Below, one piece after another: positions 21,603-33,737 of a stretch of 64,000 nucleotides of DNA (position 1 is the first letter of the stretch; every line of letters begins with the position of its first letter). The notes beneath the pieces are model-generated. The model was not told where the DNA came from, searched no databases, and saw only the letters and a list, made by a program, of their open reading frames with translations. Position numbers and translations under genes: made by a program. Source of the stretch: Histomonas meleagridis 2922-C6/04-290x (lineage: Eukaryota; Protista; Parabasalia); assembly GCA_020184695.1 (NCBI GenBank), contig JAANOX010000243.1:310001-374000 (forward strand). The letters are read 5' to 3'.

Positions 21603-22427
21603 ATGCGTCTTACAGCTGAGATTTCGACTGAGGTATTAGCAAAACTAGTTTCAGCACTTCCTTCTTCAAGTGGTGAAATCGTTCTTCATTTTTCAGAAGG
21701 ATCTTTATCTATTTGCATCCCACATGATTCAACACAAATTGGTGTTTGGGCTGGTTGCGAGGTTGCTGCGTGCTTCAATAAGTATGATGTTCAATCAAAG
21801 AATTCAAACACTGTTTCGATGAAATTATCACCATCTCAATTTGCACAAGCTTTAATACTAGAAACAAGCCCTTCTATTCAAGTGTTCTTAACAAGGAATG
21901 GAGACACCATTTTTTTGCAATTCACACATAAAAGTCTTGATGCATTAAAACAATTAGAGCAACGTGTTCCAATATTATTATTGATTCCAAGCGCAATCTC
22001 ACAATATGCAGAACCAAATTGGGAGCCTGCTTCAATGTGCGTCAGTCTTCCACCGATAAAATCAATAATGGATTGGTGTAAGAAAGCAAAAAACATAAGC
22101 AACCAAATAACGCTTTCAATAGTGCATAATAGTGAAGTAGGAGGAACGAATTTGATTCTTCAAGTTGAAAATGAAGTTGTTATCGTTTCAACAACATTCT
22201 TTGAATTACAATCAGAAGAAGACGACGAGCTATCAAAAGGAGAGGATTGCAGTGTTCTTGTTGATCTTAAGAAGTTCATCAAAATATTGAAAATACATTC
22301 GGTTTTACCAACAATTGCGTTACTGTACATCGTTGATAAAAAGTACATTCGAATGCATTTCGAAGTTCCATCAAATGTTTCATCATCGATTTCGTTAACT
22401 TATTTCCTCAACGCTTCTGCTTTATAA
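21603..22427 (+). CDS. HUS1: Checkpoint clamp (9-1-1) subunit HUS1-like
   Basis: 274 aa, PCNA-like length. MRLTAEI...LAKLVSAL...IVLHFS...GVWAGCE...FNKYDVQSKNSNTVSMKL...FAQAL parallels the Hus1 N-terminus. Confidence 0.7.
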   Translation: MRLTAEISTEVLAKLVSALPSSSGEIVLHFSEGSLSICIPHDSTQIGVWAGCEVAACFNKYDVQSKNSNTVSMKLSPSQFAQALILETSPSIQVFLTRNGDTIFLQFTHKSLDALKQLEQRVPILLLIPSAISQYAEPNWEPASMCVSLPPIKSIMDWCKKAKNISNQITLSIVHNSEVGGTNLILQVENEVVIVSTTFFELQSEEDDELSKGEDCSVLVDLKKFIKILKIHSVLPTIALLYIVDKKYIRMHFEVPSNVSSSISLTYFLNASAL

Positions 22428-22897
22428 TAAACGTGCTTATTTTGAATACTTTATTTTAACGATAAAAAATCACTTACAAAATACCCGATAAAAAGAAATT
22501 ATGAAACATTCACCAAATCCTTGAAACATAAACACTAAAGACATTTTATAAAATTGTTAGTTTTGAACAATGATTTTTTTGATATTGAAAAAAATGAAAT
22601 TCATATTCATATCATGAATAAATTTTATTGTACTCAACAGTTACAATAGCCTAAAAAACATAAAATCATATATTTTCTTGCTTAAAAAAATTTATAGAAT
22701 TTCTTAAAATATGATAATAATAAATTTTTTTGATTTTAAAATGGCGAGATCTTGTCAGGGAGCATTCACATTTCTTGAAAAATATTTGTATTTCGCTTTA
22801 AAGTGATCAATGGATTATGAAAACAGACAAAAGAGAAAGAATATGGAAACGGTTTTAAACGGCCGCTCCTCAATTTGTGTGGCTGTCATAACCGCTT

Positions 22898-22902
22898 CCT
22901 TT
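22898..22902 (+). promoter_or_regulatory. M5-like core promoter motif CCTTT upstream of a ribosomal protein gene
   Basis: CCTTT lies 7 nt before the RPL23 ATG. In Trichomonas vaginalis this motif is associated with ribosomal-protein gene start sites. The motif is short, so chance is possible. Confidence 0.4.
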
Positions 22903-22908
22903 TCGATC

Positions 22909-23331
22909 ATGTCAAAGAGAGGACGCACAGGTCAACAAGGCACAAAGTTCGCTATGACACTCGCTTTACCAGTTGGCGCAGTCGTACAATGCGCTGATAA
23001 CTCAGGTGCTAAAACAATGTTTGTCATTTCAAAACGTGGTCATAAGGGAAGATTAAACAGACTCCCAGCTGCTACTGTATCCGATCTCATTGTTGTTACA
23101 ATCAAGAAGGGTAAGCCAACACTTCGTAAGAAGGTTATGTGCGCAGTTATCGTTCGCCAAAAGAGATTATGGCGTCGTAAGGATGGCGTTGTCATCGGCT
23201 TCGAAGATAACGCAGGTGTTGTTATCAATGATAAGGGTGAAATGAAAGGTTCAGCAATTACAGGTCCAGTTGCTAAAGAATGTGCAGAACTTTGGCCAAA
23301 GATCGCTTCAGTCGCTCCCGCAGTTTTCTAA
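22909..23331 (+). CDS. RPL23: 60S ribosomal protein L23 (uL14)
   Basis: [35 protein letters not shown]...GKPTLRKKV...FEDNAGV...[26 protein letters not shown] is unmistakable uL14. ATG at 22909. Confidence 0.97.
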   Translation: MSKRGRTGQQGTKFAMTLALPVGAVVQCADNSGAKTMFVISKRGHKGRLNRLPAATVSDLIVVTIKKGKPTLRKKVMCAVIVRQKRLWRRKDGVVIGFEDNAGVVINDKGEMKGSAITGPVAKECAELWPKIASVAPAVF

Positions 23332-24862
23332 ATTCATTCAATTTCTACTTTTATTTTTTAATATTTCACATCAAATAGCCTATTACATATATGTGTTTCG
23401 AACTCATTTCATATATAAAGAATATTCTGGTAAATGCTATAATTGTCTAAAAGATGAAACTGGCAGAATCAAATACAACTGTTACTCTTAAGGACGCGTC
23501 CGATTGTAAAACATCAAATTAATAATGATAATAATGAGCATTTTTTGCATAAAACCACTGGCGCCCTATCACTTTCTCTTATATTGCAAGCCAAAAACCA
23601 AAAGCATCAATCAAAAATTCAAGTCTAGGGTGACACATAATTATTACTTTTTTGCTTATTTTGTCAGAATCTTTTGACAATATCATAAATCACTCAATAT
23701 CATCGAAATATTTTGACTTTGAACAGACTTACTTAATTTTTTTCATTTTGTGGGTTTCTTGATTTTGTTTTAATTTATTTGATTTCTAGCACTATAAAAC
23801 ATAATACCATATGATGCTTGTATCAAAAAAATTACAATAATTTGGTTTCTATATTATATTGATTAATTTTGTATTAATTTATTTTTTCTTCCTTTTTTCG
23901 GAAACAACATAATAAACTTAAAGTTCATGTAGTATTATTTTCTGGATCAACAAGAAATTTTAAAATTTATTAGATACATTGAGATATATGAAAAACAAAA
24001 ACATGTTTTTTCTAAAGTATTGAAAAAATTGATTTTGATCGTACCTGGACGCCACCCTTAAAAAGGGTCCTAACGCTCAATTTTTTTCATATAATAATAA
24101 CAGGCATATAGAGAAAAAAATATTAATCGAAGCAAAAAAAAAAAAAAATGTACTAATTATAAGTCACTTTTATGTAATCGATTCAACTTTTCAGGAAATT
24201 TTGGAGCATTTCATGTTTCTTCAAAAAATAATTAAAACCGCAAAAGGGAGTCATTTAACCAAGAAAACCATTTATTTTTAATTTTAATTCTGAATTTTAT
24301 AGTTGCAATTAATGCAAACGAAATCAACCTCACTGTTATATATGAATTTGAGATATTTGACTTTAAGATAAATCACTTTTTGTCATTACAATACTTTACA
24401 ATGCGTAAAATATTCAATTTTTGTGATTTGATCAAATTTGAGAAGAAATTCAACAATTTCTCATTTTCATATACTAAATAACTAAATTCATTGTGTGTTC
24501 TTGGAAGGCACTGATAATTTTAAAAAATCTTAGCACTTCGAAATTTCTCAAAATTAATTTAAAAAAAAGTGAAAATAAAATGACTTTTAATTTTAATAAA
24601 ATATAATATACAATGTGATGTTATTCCAGGAAACTATATAATCAAAATGGTAAATGATTATAAAATGAAATATTCTCATGAAAATTTAAAGGAATTGACT
24701 GTAGTTAGTCAAAATTTTTGCAAAAATTTAACCCTGTCTCAGTTTTAATCTGTCAATTTTTGAACAGTGTGTCAAGATGTTTCAATGAATTCAAAGCATA
24801 TCGTTCTGGCAAAACGATACGTTTCTTAACAATCGGTTGATTTCAGTTCAGAGCTACTAATC

Positions 24863-25429
24863 ATAGACATTTTGAAAAACCAAACAGAAATATTCAACGT
24901 TGGCATTGTTGGTGAAAAGTTTACAGGAAAAAGAAACATATGCAATCAATTTCGTGTTGGAAAATTTTATGGTGATTACCATCCTACAGTTGAAGATATG
25001 AGCAATCGAACACTTATTATTGACAATGAGTCGGTAGATGTTTTTGCTAGTCACTTTGAAGCAGGGAATTCTGATTTTATAAGACTCTATGATCTTTTCA
25101 TTAAAACCAATAATGGATTTCTCATTGTTTACTCCGTAGATATTAGATCTTCTTTCGAAGCAGTGGAGAACATTTATAACAAAATCACAAAAGATACAGC
25201 CGACAATATCCCAATAATCATTTGTGCCAATAAATGTGATCTTGAAAATCGTGTTATCAGCAAAGAAGAAGGAGAAGAGCTTGCACATCGTTTAAATGTG
25301 CCTTACAGAGAGATATCAGCAATGAATAACATTAATATTACAGAATCAATTATTGCACTTTACCAAATAAAGAAAAACATCGAAAGTTCATTAAAAAACA
25401 ATGACCATCGCGGATGCTTTGTTCAGTAA
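24863..25429 (+). CDS. Divergent Ras-family small GTPase without an in-frame ATG before the P-loop
   Basis: Motifs GEKFTGKR, YHPTVED, GFLIVYSV, NKCDL and EISA, with a CAAX-like end (CFVQ). An in-frame stop lies at 24827. The likely start position reads ATA (24863). Confidence 0.7.
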   Translation: MDILKNQTEIFNVGIVGEKFTGKRNICNQFRVGKFYGDYHPTVEDMSNRTLIIDNESVDVFASHFEAGNSDFIRLYDLFIKTNNGFLIVYSVDIRSSFEAVENIYNKITKDTADNIPIIICANKCDLENRVISKEEGEELAHRLNVPYREISAMNNINITESIIALYQIKKNIESSLKNNDHRGCFVQ

Positions 25430-25586
25430 AAACTTTGTACAAAGTTTGTTTTAAGTTTTTCTGAGTAAAGATTTTGCTCCAGACCAAGCTGCAATATTTA
25501 ATTATTTTTTATCATTTAAAAACGAATGGCTCAATGTGACATTTTACCAAACAAAAATATTTTGACACTATTCCTTTGAATTTTGA

Positions 25587-26216
25587 ATGAATTCAAATTC
25601 ATTTTACAACGAAAATTATTTTTTTATGGATGCTCCAAAATATTGTACAATCTATGTTGAAGATCTCCCTATGAACTATGAAAGTCGTGAGATCCCTGTA
25701 ACAAAAGGTTTCCTTATTGATCTTTTCAGAGGGGCTGGAAAGATTATTCCGGATGGAGTTACTATTAAGTACCGTGAAGATCGTGATGGTCGTCCATATG
25801 CTTTTGCCTTCATCACCTTTGAAACATGTAAAATGGCTGAGAAAGCCATTGCTGAGTTTAACTATGTAAAGCTCGATGGCCAACCAATTCGTATTTCTAT
25901 TGCAAATGCAGAGACCAAAAGGATCAGGAGGAGGGGTCTTGGTAAGATTATCATTAAGGGTCTTGATCCATTAATCGAAGTTTCACAATTACATGAAGCA
26001 TTTGCTAACTTTGGTGACATCATTTCCTGCAAGATTCCAACCAACATAAATCCGCAAGGACAATTAGTTTCACGCGGTTATGGAATTGTACAGTTCCGGC
26101 ATGAGCAGGATGCCCAACAAGCCATCAATGATCTTCAAGATGCCACCATCAATGGACGTCAGATACGAGTTGAGCCGTGTCTTCGCAGCAAAAAGTCCAT
26201 AAATGGATACACATGA
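25587..26216 (+). CDS. Two-RRM RNA-binding protein resembling PABP RRM1-2
   Basis: IYVEDLP...YAFAFITF...AEKAIAEFNYVKLDGQPIRI and IIIKGLDPLI...LHEAFANFGDIISCKI...SRGYGIVQF follow the PABP N-terminal RRM pair. Confidence 0.8.
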   Translation: MNSNSFYNENYFFMDAPKYCTIYVEDLPMNYESREIPVTKGFLIDLFRGAGKIIPDGVTIKYREDRDGRPYAFAFITFETCKMAEKAIAEFNYVKLDGQPIRISIANAETKRIRRRGLGKIIIKGLDPLIEVSQLHEAFANFGDIISCKIPTNINPQGQLVSRGYGIVQFRHEQDAQQAINDLQDATINGRQIRVEPCLRSKKSINGYT

Positions 26217-26759
26217 AGGTGTGGATTTTGGCAATCGTGTTTCGACAGCATAACGCGCCTTGTTATATTTTTTTGCTGAAATGTTATAACATTTCTTCAT
26301 TCAGAGTGTTACAATTAATAAATTATTGTTAATTGCATTACAAATTATTGTGTTCAAAATTGATATTACAAATTATATGCTTAAAAGAATGAAAATATTA
26401 TTATATTATATAAGAGGTGCAGTCAAAATTTAAAAAATGAATATTTTTTTATCACACGATATATTTTCAGCTTCAGTGCGATGTGTTGTTATCAGTGGTA
26501 CATTGTTTGATTGTAAATATATATGCGAAGAAAAAGTAAAAATAAACAAAAACCTTATTTCTTCAATATCTTAATAAATGAGTAATACACAAAAAATTTC
26601 ATAATGCCATTAAGTACATTCTATAAAGAATTTTTCCACGATTCATCATCTTTGTAAAGTATTCAAAATTATTTATTGTTCATAACGGTCTGCGCCCGAT
26701 AACATTGAACTTTTTAAGCTCAAAAGGATGGAAGTGACCATATCACCTTTAGGAAGACA

Positions 26760-27254
26760 ATGTCTGCAGCCTCTGTTTTGCTTCAAAAGCAACTCAAAGC
26801 TCTTCAACAGGATCCGTCTTCCGGTTTCTCGGCTGGATTGGTAAATGATGACATTTTTAAATGGAGGGTCACATTAATTGGTCCTCAAGGAACACCTTAT
26901 GAAGGTGGTCTTTTCCCTGCAATTCTTGAGTTCCCTCAAGACTATCCACTCAATCCCCCCAAAATGAGATTTATTTGTCCAATGTATCATCCAAATATCA
27001 GAGAAACAGGTGAAGTTTGTATTTCTATTTTGCACCCACCAGGCAACGATGTCTTCGAGTACGAAGATAGGAGCGAAAGATGGCTTCCAATTCATACTGT
27101 AGAATCTATTCTTATTTCAGTTATTTCCATGCTTTCAGATCCAAATTGTGAATCACCTGAAAACCTTGATGCTGCCAAAACTTTTAGGAATGACAAACAA
27201 GAATATATGAGAAAAGTTCGAAGGACTGTTGAACAATCCTATGATTATTGTTGA
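26760..27254 (+). CDS. UBC7: Ubiquitin-conjugating enzyme E2, UBC7/UBE2G type
   Basis: HPN motif, active-site VCISILH, and the acidic-loop insertion PPGNDVFEYEDRSERWLP typical of Ubc7/Cdc34-class E2s. Confidence 0.88.
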   Translation: MSAASVLLQKQLKALQQDPSSGFSAGLVNDDIFKWRVTLIGPQGTPYEGGLFPAILEFPQDYPLNPPKMRFICPMYHPNIRETGEVCISILHPPGNDVFEYEDRSERWLPIHTVESILISVISMLSDPNCESPENLDAAKTFRNDKQEYMRKVRRTVEQSYDYC

Positions 27255-27555
27255 CATATAAATAGAATTATTAAACCTGTTCTAAAAAAAATATTCTTAT
27301 TAACAACATTATAAATGCCATAAACCATTTGATTTTGTCATAATGGGGAAAATATCGCCCGGAACAAACAAAAAAATCCAAACGGCGTTTTCCGTTACAG
27401 TTTTATAGTGCTAAAATCACTTTCAAGTGATTACATATGTAAAGCATATGAATCAACCGATGATTTATACAAAAGCTTATCACCCATATTGAAAATCGAA
27501 GTTTTGATATGTTGCCAGAAAATTGAATTGGGCATTGCAAAAACGTTTTTTGAAA

Positions 27556-30500
27556 ATGTTCCATGAAAAGGAGAAATTCATCCCTCAATCATTAATTAGT
27601 CGATTTCTAAAGAGCATAAGTAACGTCATCATTCTTTGCAATAATTTCGTAACGTTCCCAACACCTGTATTTGCATTTAAATCATTTATAATCTTACTTC
27701 AATCTTCATATCCTTGCCTTCTTGTTGGAAGCAAAATACTATGGCAAACAAGTGATGTAAACAACAACTTGATGCGATTTATGCAATATTTTTATCGATT
27801 TTATTCTCATTTTTATAGTGAAAAAGATTTCACCAATAATATCATTATTATTGCTGTTTTCACAGTTTTCTTTACTTTTCAACCCATAGCCAACTATATA
27901 GGCTTATATCGTTCCGGAAAATTAAGTCGAGTAATCGCCTTTTTATCTCTTTTATTTTTCGTTTTAGTTTTACCAATGCTTATAACATGGTGTAGTTCTT
28001 TATTAGCCACACTTCTTTATGCGTTAATAGAAGATTCGACGATCAACAAAGTCACAGTATCCATTGAATTTGTTGTTTGTCTTATAATTTTAGTTTTTTT
28101 ATTCTTAGTTTTTCTTAAAACCATTCCTACGGAACCAATTTATGAAATTGGGAAATCATTTACATGGAGTAGTCAAGTTAATACAATTATTTTTATATTC
28201 ACATCAATGGTATTATTTTTTTCACGTCTAGCTGAGCTTTATAATGGCATTACAGCTGTCATTTTTATTATCGTATTATTATTGATCATGATCACATATT
28301 TATTATTTTTATATATATTTCAACCATTCATTGACAGTATCTATCAAAACTTATTCACAGGCGTTGTCTTTGGATTTACTATTGGCTTAATATTACAATT
28401 AATTCATGCATTTGTTCCATCTATGTATACATCGATTATCTTTTACGGATCGATATTATTATCAGTTGTTGGTGTTATAATATCAAATTATTTCCAACAA
28501 CGTACATATAAACGAGTTAAAGAAACATTAGATGCACTTTCACAAGATGAAATTGATTTTAATGAACGATTTTCAAATCCAACTGAGTTTTTAGTATATG
28601 CACGAATTGGATTTCAACAAGCACATCCATATGTATTATCATGGAAACCATTTATATTAGCGATTAATCGATGGCCAACTAATGTCCAATTATGGATACA
28701 ATATATTAAATTTATTGTCATTTATTATGATGAAAAAGAAACGTTAAATATGATATTAATGAATTTAAAGACAAAGAAATTAAAAAGTATATTTTTGAAG
28801 TTATTTGTTAGTCAAATTAGATTTATACAAGAAGGACGTAATCAAAGTTTAACAAAATCATTAAAAAGTTCATTAAAATCCGTTGAAGAAGAAATATCAC
28901 AAATCCGTAACTTAATTGTAATATATTGGAATTCTATTCAAGATTGTTCTATTAATTCTACGTATAATATATGTACGAATTTACAAAAATCAATTGATTC
29001 ATGTATCTCTAAATTTAGTTTATTAACTTATATGTGGCCTACCAATTATGTATTAGCCAAGAAATTTGCTGATTTTTATGAAGAAGTTGCATTTGATCCT
29101 AAATCTGCACATGAATGGCGAATAAAAGAAGCATATTTACATCGTCATAGTGGTTATCATTTTGATCGTACACAAGAATTAGGTTTTGTCCGATTTCCTT
29201 TATTACCACATGATATTCGATCTATTAATCCTTATATACCAGAAATAGAAACAGGGAATAATACTGTTATTAGTAATAGTAGTAGTATAATGTCATCTGC
29301 TGATGTTAATGCTCCACTTGATATAGAGAATGAAGTCCCTGATTTTTCACGTTCTAATATACAAGAGATGGCAAAAAGTACAAATCATTTATTTATGAAT
29401 CGAATATTAATATTAATATATATATCTATTTTAGCATTTAATATTTTAGCTTTATTCCCAATCATTTTTGCTACTTTAAATTCTATAAAACTTGGAACGT
29501 ATAGTAGTACGATTGATTCATTATGTTCAGTATTTACTAATTTCTCTACTACTGCATTTTTCACAACACATTCACTCTTTCAAAAGAATAATTATCCTAT
29601 AATTGATTTAGGTGCAGATGATACATTTTTAATTAATGCGTTTTTAACAAGTATTGATTCTTATGTCCATTATTTCCAAAATTCTATTACAAATGAAGCC
29701 GTAGGTTTAATTAATAATGAATTTCTTTCAAGTTTCCGAATTCCTTTACAAGTACTTAATGATACAATCCAATCAACAATCATAGAATCACTTAATTATT
29801 TTAATGGACTTTTATATCATAATATAACATCAGCGGAAGCAATTAATTCGACATTTTTAACGATTTTTGAAAATAGTTATAATAATTTACAAGAACCTAT
29901 CTATAAAACAGTTGAAGAATTTACTGCTGATGCAATTTCATTATTTGGTGAATTATTTTCAATGCATATGATTACATCATCAGTATGTTTAGTAGTAATG
30001 ATAATATGTATTATACCATTAATTAAATTTATCCTTAATATTAAAGAACATTGGACATTTATAATTAAAACACTTAATTCTATACCACGTGTAGCAATAC
30101 AAAAAGTAATTCATAGTCAAAACAAATCATCAAATGATACAGAAGAACAATTACAAAAAGATGAATTTAAATATCATTATTTATTTATTAATATGGCATC
30201 ATCACGAAGTACAATTAATGGAATTCCAATAACGCAATTAATTATATTCGTAATTTTATTATTAATATTATCAATAATTGCTTCATCATTCTTTTCTATG
30301 TATATTCGAAATAGTAGTTCATCACCTACAAGTTCTATATTATATGTATCTGTTTCTAATTCATTTGAAACATTATTTTATGTATCTAATTTTTTACTTA
30401 GAGCTAATTTATCTGATAAAGTTTTAATATATGAAGATACTAAAGATTCTATACGTGACACATTAATGGCATTAAACTTATCTAATTTAATTGAGAAATT

Positions 30501-32040
30501 CTTATATAATGATTGGAATGGTTATCATATTGGATTATTCTTTTCTAATATTGAAATGATGGATAAAGTATTAGAATGGGATGGGAAATTTGATTTAGAT
30601 AACTTTTATAAGTTACCTAAATTTGTCTTATTACAAATTGCTAAAAATATATTAGTTAAATATCGAGATTATATTGGATTACAACCTAATTATGATCCTG
30701 CTACATTTGATGATGATTTAGATTTAGGTATTTCGATATTAGGTTCATATTTACCAGCAAATTTAATGCCTGAAATTCAAGCTGATTTGAAACAATTATA
30801 TAATGATTCTATCTATAGTTTTAATTTTGTTATATTTCTTGGAGGTATTTTATTCTTTGTAGTCGGTATAGTAATAATTACATTAATATTTAATGTATAT
30901 TATCATATATTACATGCATTTCAAACACTTTTAGGTACATTATCAATGATTGAACCTGATTATTATAAAGATTTACCAAACGTAATGAAATTATATTCTG
31001 GTGTTAGTGAAGGTAAAGTAGCACAAAATCAAAATATTATAAATTCATATTCCAAAGTTGAATCTGAAATACCTGAATCGATATTTGAATTAGATCAAAA
31101 CTTTAATTTAATAAAAATTAATACAAATGCAATGAAATTAATACAATTAGAAGATGATAATATACCAGAACAAACACATATTAATCTTTATATAACATTT
31201 GAAGATAATGAAATCCTTACTGAACTTAAAAAACAAGTTACACATCAAACTCCACAAAAAATTTCATTTTTAACCCAAATTCGAATAAATTCTACAAATA
31301 AAATCATTGAAACTAAATTAACATCAATATATGTACCTAATGATAAAGTATCTTTAATATTAATTCTTTCGGAAGAAAATAATAATACAATTGAAACACA
31401 ACAAATTCAAGAATTAGAACAACGAATTAAAACAATAAAAATTGCTTCTGTTCCTGAGAAACTGAAATATATCTTTACATCTGATAAAAGAACAAAAATT
31501 TCATCCGATTTCTCATTCATTATTACAATTGATTTATGTAATTTTTCGGATTATTGTTTAAATCATTCATCTTATGAATCGATACAATATTTCGAACGTT
31601 TTAATAATCAAATCGAATTATTATGTAATCAAAAAGAAAAAGATTTGGTGAATTTAAGTCCTGTAGGAAATACATTCTTATTAAGTAATAATCTTTCAAA
31701 TCAAACTTCGAATTATTATAATGCAACAATTGAATGTATAAGATTCGTTTTCGATATTTATGATTTCGCAATTAATAATGGATATCAAATTAAATGTTGC
31801 ATTGTGATGAATAAAAATGTAGTATCAGCAGTAAGTACAAATAGAATAGGATTCTTCGTTTATTCATCTTACGTTCACTTCGCGTTAAACGCTTTACATA
31901 GTGTTGACGAAGGTAATTTGATAATTACAAAGAAAATTTTCGAATTACTTCCACAAAATTTGACAAAAAATTCATCAAGACTTCAAATTGATGGTAAAGG
32001 AGTTTATTTATTGGATTTGAAATTAACAAGAAATAGTTAA
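27556..32040 (+). CDS. Multi-transmembrane adenylate/guanylate cyclase-like protein
   Basis: About 1495 aa with several hydrophobic TM clusters, a PAS-like segment (IFELDQNFNLIKINTNA) and a C-terminal class III cyclase-like domain (ITIDLCNFSDY...SPVGNTFLL). This is the architecture of trichomonad TM cyclases. Confidence 0.75.
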   Translation: MFHEKEKFIPQSLISRFLKSISNVIILCNNFVTFPTPVFAFKSFIILLQSSYPCLLVGSKILWQTSDVNNNLMRFMQYFYRFYSHFYSEKDFTNNIIIIAVFTVFFTFQPIANYIGLYRSGKLSRVIAFLSLLFFVLVLPMLITWCSSLLATLLYALIEDSTINKVTVSIEFVVCLIILVFLFLVFLKTIPTEPIYEIGKSFTWSSQVNTIIFIFTSMVLFFSRLAELYNGITAVIFIIVLLLIMITYLLFLYIFQPFIDSIYQNLFTGVVFGFTIGLILQLIHAFVPSMYTSIIFYGSILLSVVGVIISNYFQQRTYKRVKETLDALSQDEIDFNERFSNPTEFLVYARIGFQQAHPYVLSWKPFILAINRWPTNVQLWIQYIKFIVIYYDEKETLNMILMNLKTKKLKSIFLKLFVSQIRFIQEGRNQSLTKSLKSSLKSVEEEISQIRNLIVIYWNSIQDCSINSTYNICTNLQKSIDSCISKFSLLTYMWPTNYVLAKKFADFYEEVAFDPKSAHEWRIKEAYLHRHSGYHFDRTQELGFVRFPLLPHDIRSINPYIPEIETGNNTVISNSSSIMSSADVNAPLDIENEVPDFSRSNIQEMAKSTNHLFMNRILILIYISILAFNILALFPIIFATLNSIKLGTYSSTIDSLCSVFTNFSTTAFFTTHSLFQKNNYPIIDLGADDTFLINAFLTSIDSYVHYFQNSITNEAVGLINNEFLSSFRIPLQVLNDTIQSTIIESLNYFNGLLYHNITSAEAINSTFLTIFENSYNNLQEPIYKTVEEFTADAISLFGELFSMHMITSSVCLVVMIICIIPLIKFILNIKEHWTFIIKTLNSIPRVAIQKVIHSQNKSSNDTEEQLQKDEFKYHYLFINMASSRSTINGIPITQLIIFVILLLILSIIASSFFSMYIRNSSSSPTSSILYVSVSNSFETLFYVSNFLLRANLSDKVLIYEDTKDSIRDTLMALNLSNLIEKFLYNDWNGYHIGLFFSNIEMMDKVLEWDGKFDLDNFYKLPKFVLLQIAKNILVKYRDYIGLQPNYDPATFDDDLDLGISILGSYLPANLMPEIQADLKQLYNDSIYSFNFVIFLGGILFFVVGIVIITLIFNVYYHILHAFQTLLGTLSMIEPDYYKDLPNVMKLYSGVSEGKVAQNQNIINSYSKVESEIPESIFELDQNFNLIKINTNAMKLIQLEDDNIPEQTHINLYITFEDNEILTELKKQVTHQTPQKISFLTQIRINSTNKIIETKLTSIYVPNDKVSLILILSEENNNTIETQQIQELEQRIKTIKIASVPEKLKYIFTSDKRTKISSDFSFIITIDLCNFSDYCLNHSSYESIQYFERFNNQIELLCNQKEKDLVNLSPVGNTFLLSNNLSNQTSNYYNATIECIRFVFDIYDFAINNGYQIKCCIVMNKNVVSAVSTNRIGFFVYSSYVHFALNALHSVDEGNLIITKKIFELLPQNLTKNSSRLQIDGKGVYLLDLKLTRNS

Positions 32041-32129
32041 AAAAAATTTTTTTTATTTGAATAAAAGTAAATATCATTAAATTTTTGTTGTTTTAATCAA
32101 AACATTAATTATATTTGGTAACTTTTAGG

Positions 32130-32620
32130 GAGCGATGTATCTTCTGCATATTGCAATAACTATGAAATTCTTTCATTTCTTGAAAAAGAAGAAATTAATA
32201 ACACTTTTTTATTAATAGATATCTGCATCAATTGCATCAGATAATTTCTTTATTTTCCAATATTTCCATAAAAAAATCCAATATCAATAAATTTTCACGA
32301 TATTTATTCTGTTTCATAACAAAAATTGTTTAATTACTGGATTAATGATAAGATTGTAAGCTTGATTTCTACAATAATTTGATGTTATAAAATTATATTT
32401 AAAATTAAGTTAAATTATTTAAAAAAAAGCATTTCAAAATGGTATCCAGAAATAGTTAAATTATATATTGAACAAAACGTAATTGATATTAATGCTAAAG
32501 ATGTTTATTTATTGTAATTAATATTTTTTCAAAAAATAATTTTATTCTATTTCATAAAAATATTTGGAAATTATTCAAATTATCAAAAACAGCACTTATT
32601 TTATAACTTAACGTAATGAT
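32130..32620 (+). pseudogene. Remnant of a DUF3447/ankyrin gene including one insert-type spacer
   Basis: Fragments YCNNYEILSFLEKEE and EIVKLYIEQNVIDINAKD, then an 86-nt gap with the ttggaaattattcaaatta motif, then KTALIL*. Confidence 0.6.
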
Positions 32621-33737
32621 CTAGAAATTAGAAAATTAAATCTTGTTTAAATAAGAATTTTTTATTGTAAAGAATTATTAAACACTTTCAAAATCAATCA
32701 TTGGAATCCAATGTGATCAAACTCAAAAAGTGTCTAGCGATTCAATTTTTGAATAGAAAAACAATCGTTTGTTATTAAATTGCTAGTAAATTTCCCTATC
32801 GTCTTGACATCTTACATTAGCACTGTAAGTTAGGCGCACCAGTTTATCTGCGTTTTTAGAGAACGGGTCCTATTGTATATGAATGTATGGCATATTTATT
32901 CGATATTGATAAAGATATTTACATTTTATGTTGAGTTTATAACTGACAAATTGAATATTAGGTGAAGTTGAAGTGATCCTTTAACGTATAAATTTTAGTG
33001 AAAAAGTCGACCCTGTCTCAGAAATCACAAAAAAATTTTTTGATTGGGTACAGGTCTTTTTTTTTCAGATATTGAATAAATAAACATATTTATAGAAATG
33101 CCATGAAAAAAACTAATTTCCTAGTAGACAGATTTTCGATATCTTATTTCATTATCTGACTTATCAATTTTAACTAGAAAGTCAATAATTCTCTAATAAA
33201 AATTAGATTATTTTTAATATCAAAAATAATATATATAATGAAATATATTATAAAACACCTAAAATCACATGCGTAAACCAATTTTATATGAAGATATATT
33301 TGTTTTATTTTTAAGTGTCAAATCTTTAAATAAAAGTTTTTGTCTTATAAAGATATAAAAATATTATTTACTGTTATTATTAATCTTTATTATATATTTT
33401 TAAGGATTAAAATAATGAGAACAACGAGATAATTTTATTCTATTTGGTGTCAAACGACCGTTTAGAGAATTCTCTACTAGTTCTCTACTAAGTACCCTGA
33501 GTCAAAAATTTTGACTTGAAGAAAAATCTTCTTACCAATTGAAATATGTTCCGTATTTTAAAATGCAATATTACTGTAAGTAATGAAGTAAAACTTAGTT
33601 TTGTTTTGAATTAAAAAAATTTGCCTAGCAAAATTATGTTTCTCATTTGAAATTCAAAAATTGTGAAAAAAAAACTATTCAAAACCGTTTTTTATGGGTA
33701 GTTTCGATACATAAAAGTGACAGTATAGGCAAGAAAC

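Noticed and set aside
24731-33021. Shared 12-mer ACCCTGTCTCAG (24731, 33010) and nearby GGGTAC/GTACCC and AGTCAAAA-A-TTTTGACT palindromes as MITE ends
   Set aside because: The matches are too short and no consistent TIR pair or target duplication could be defined.
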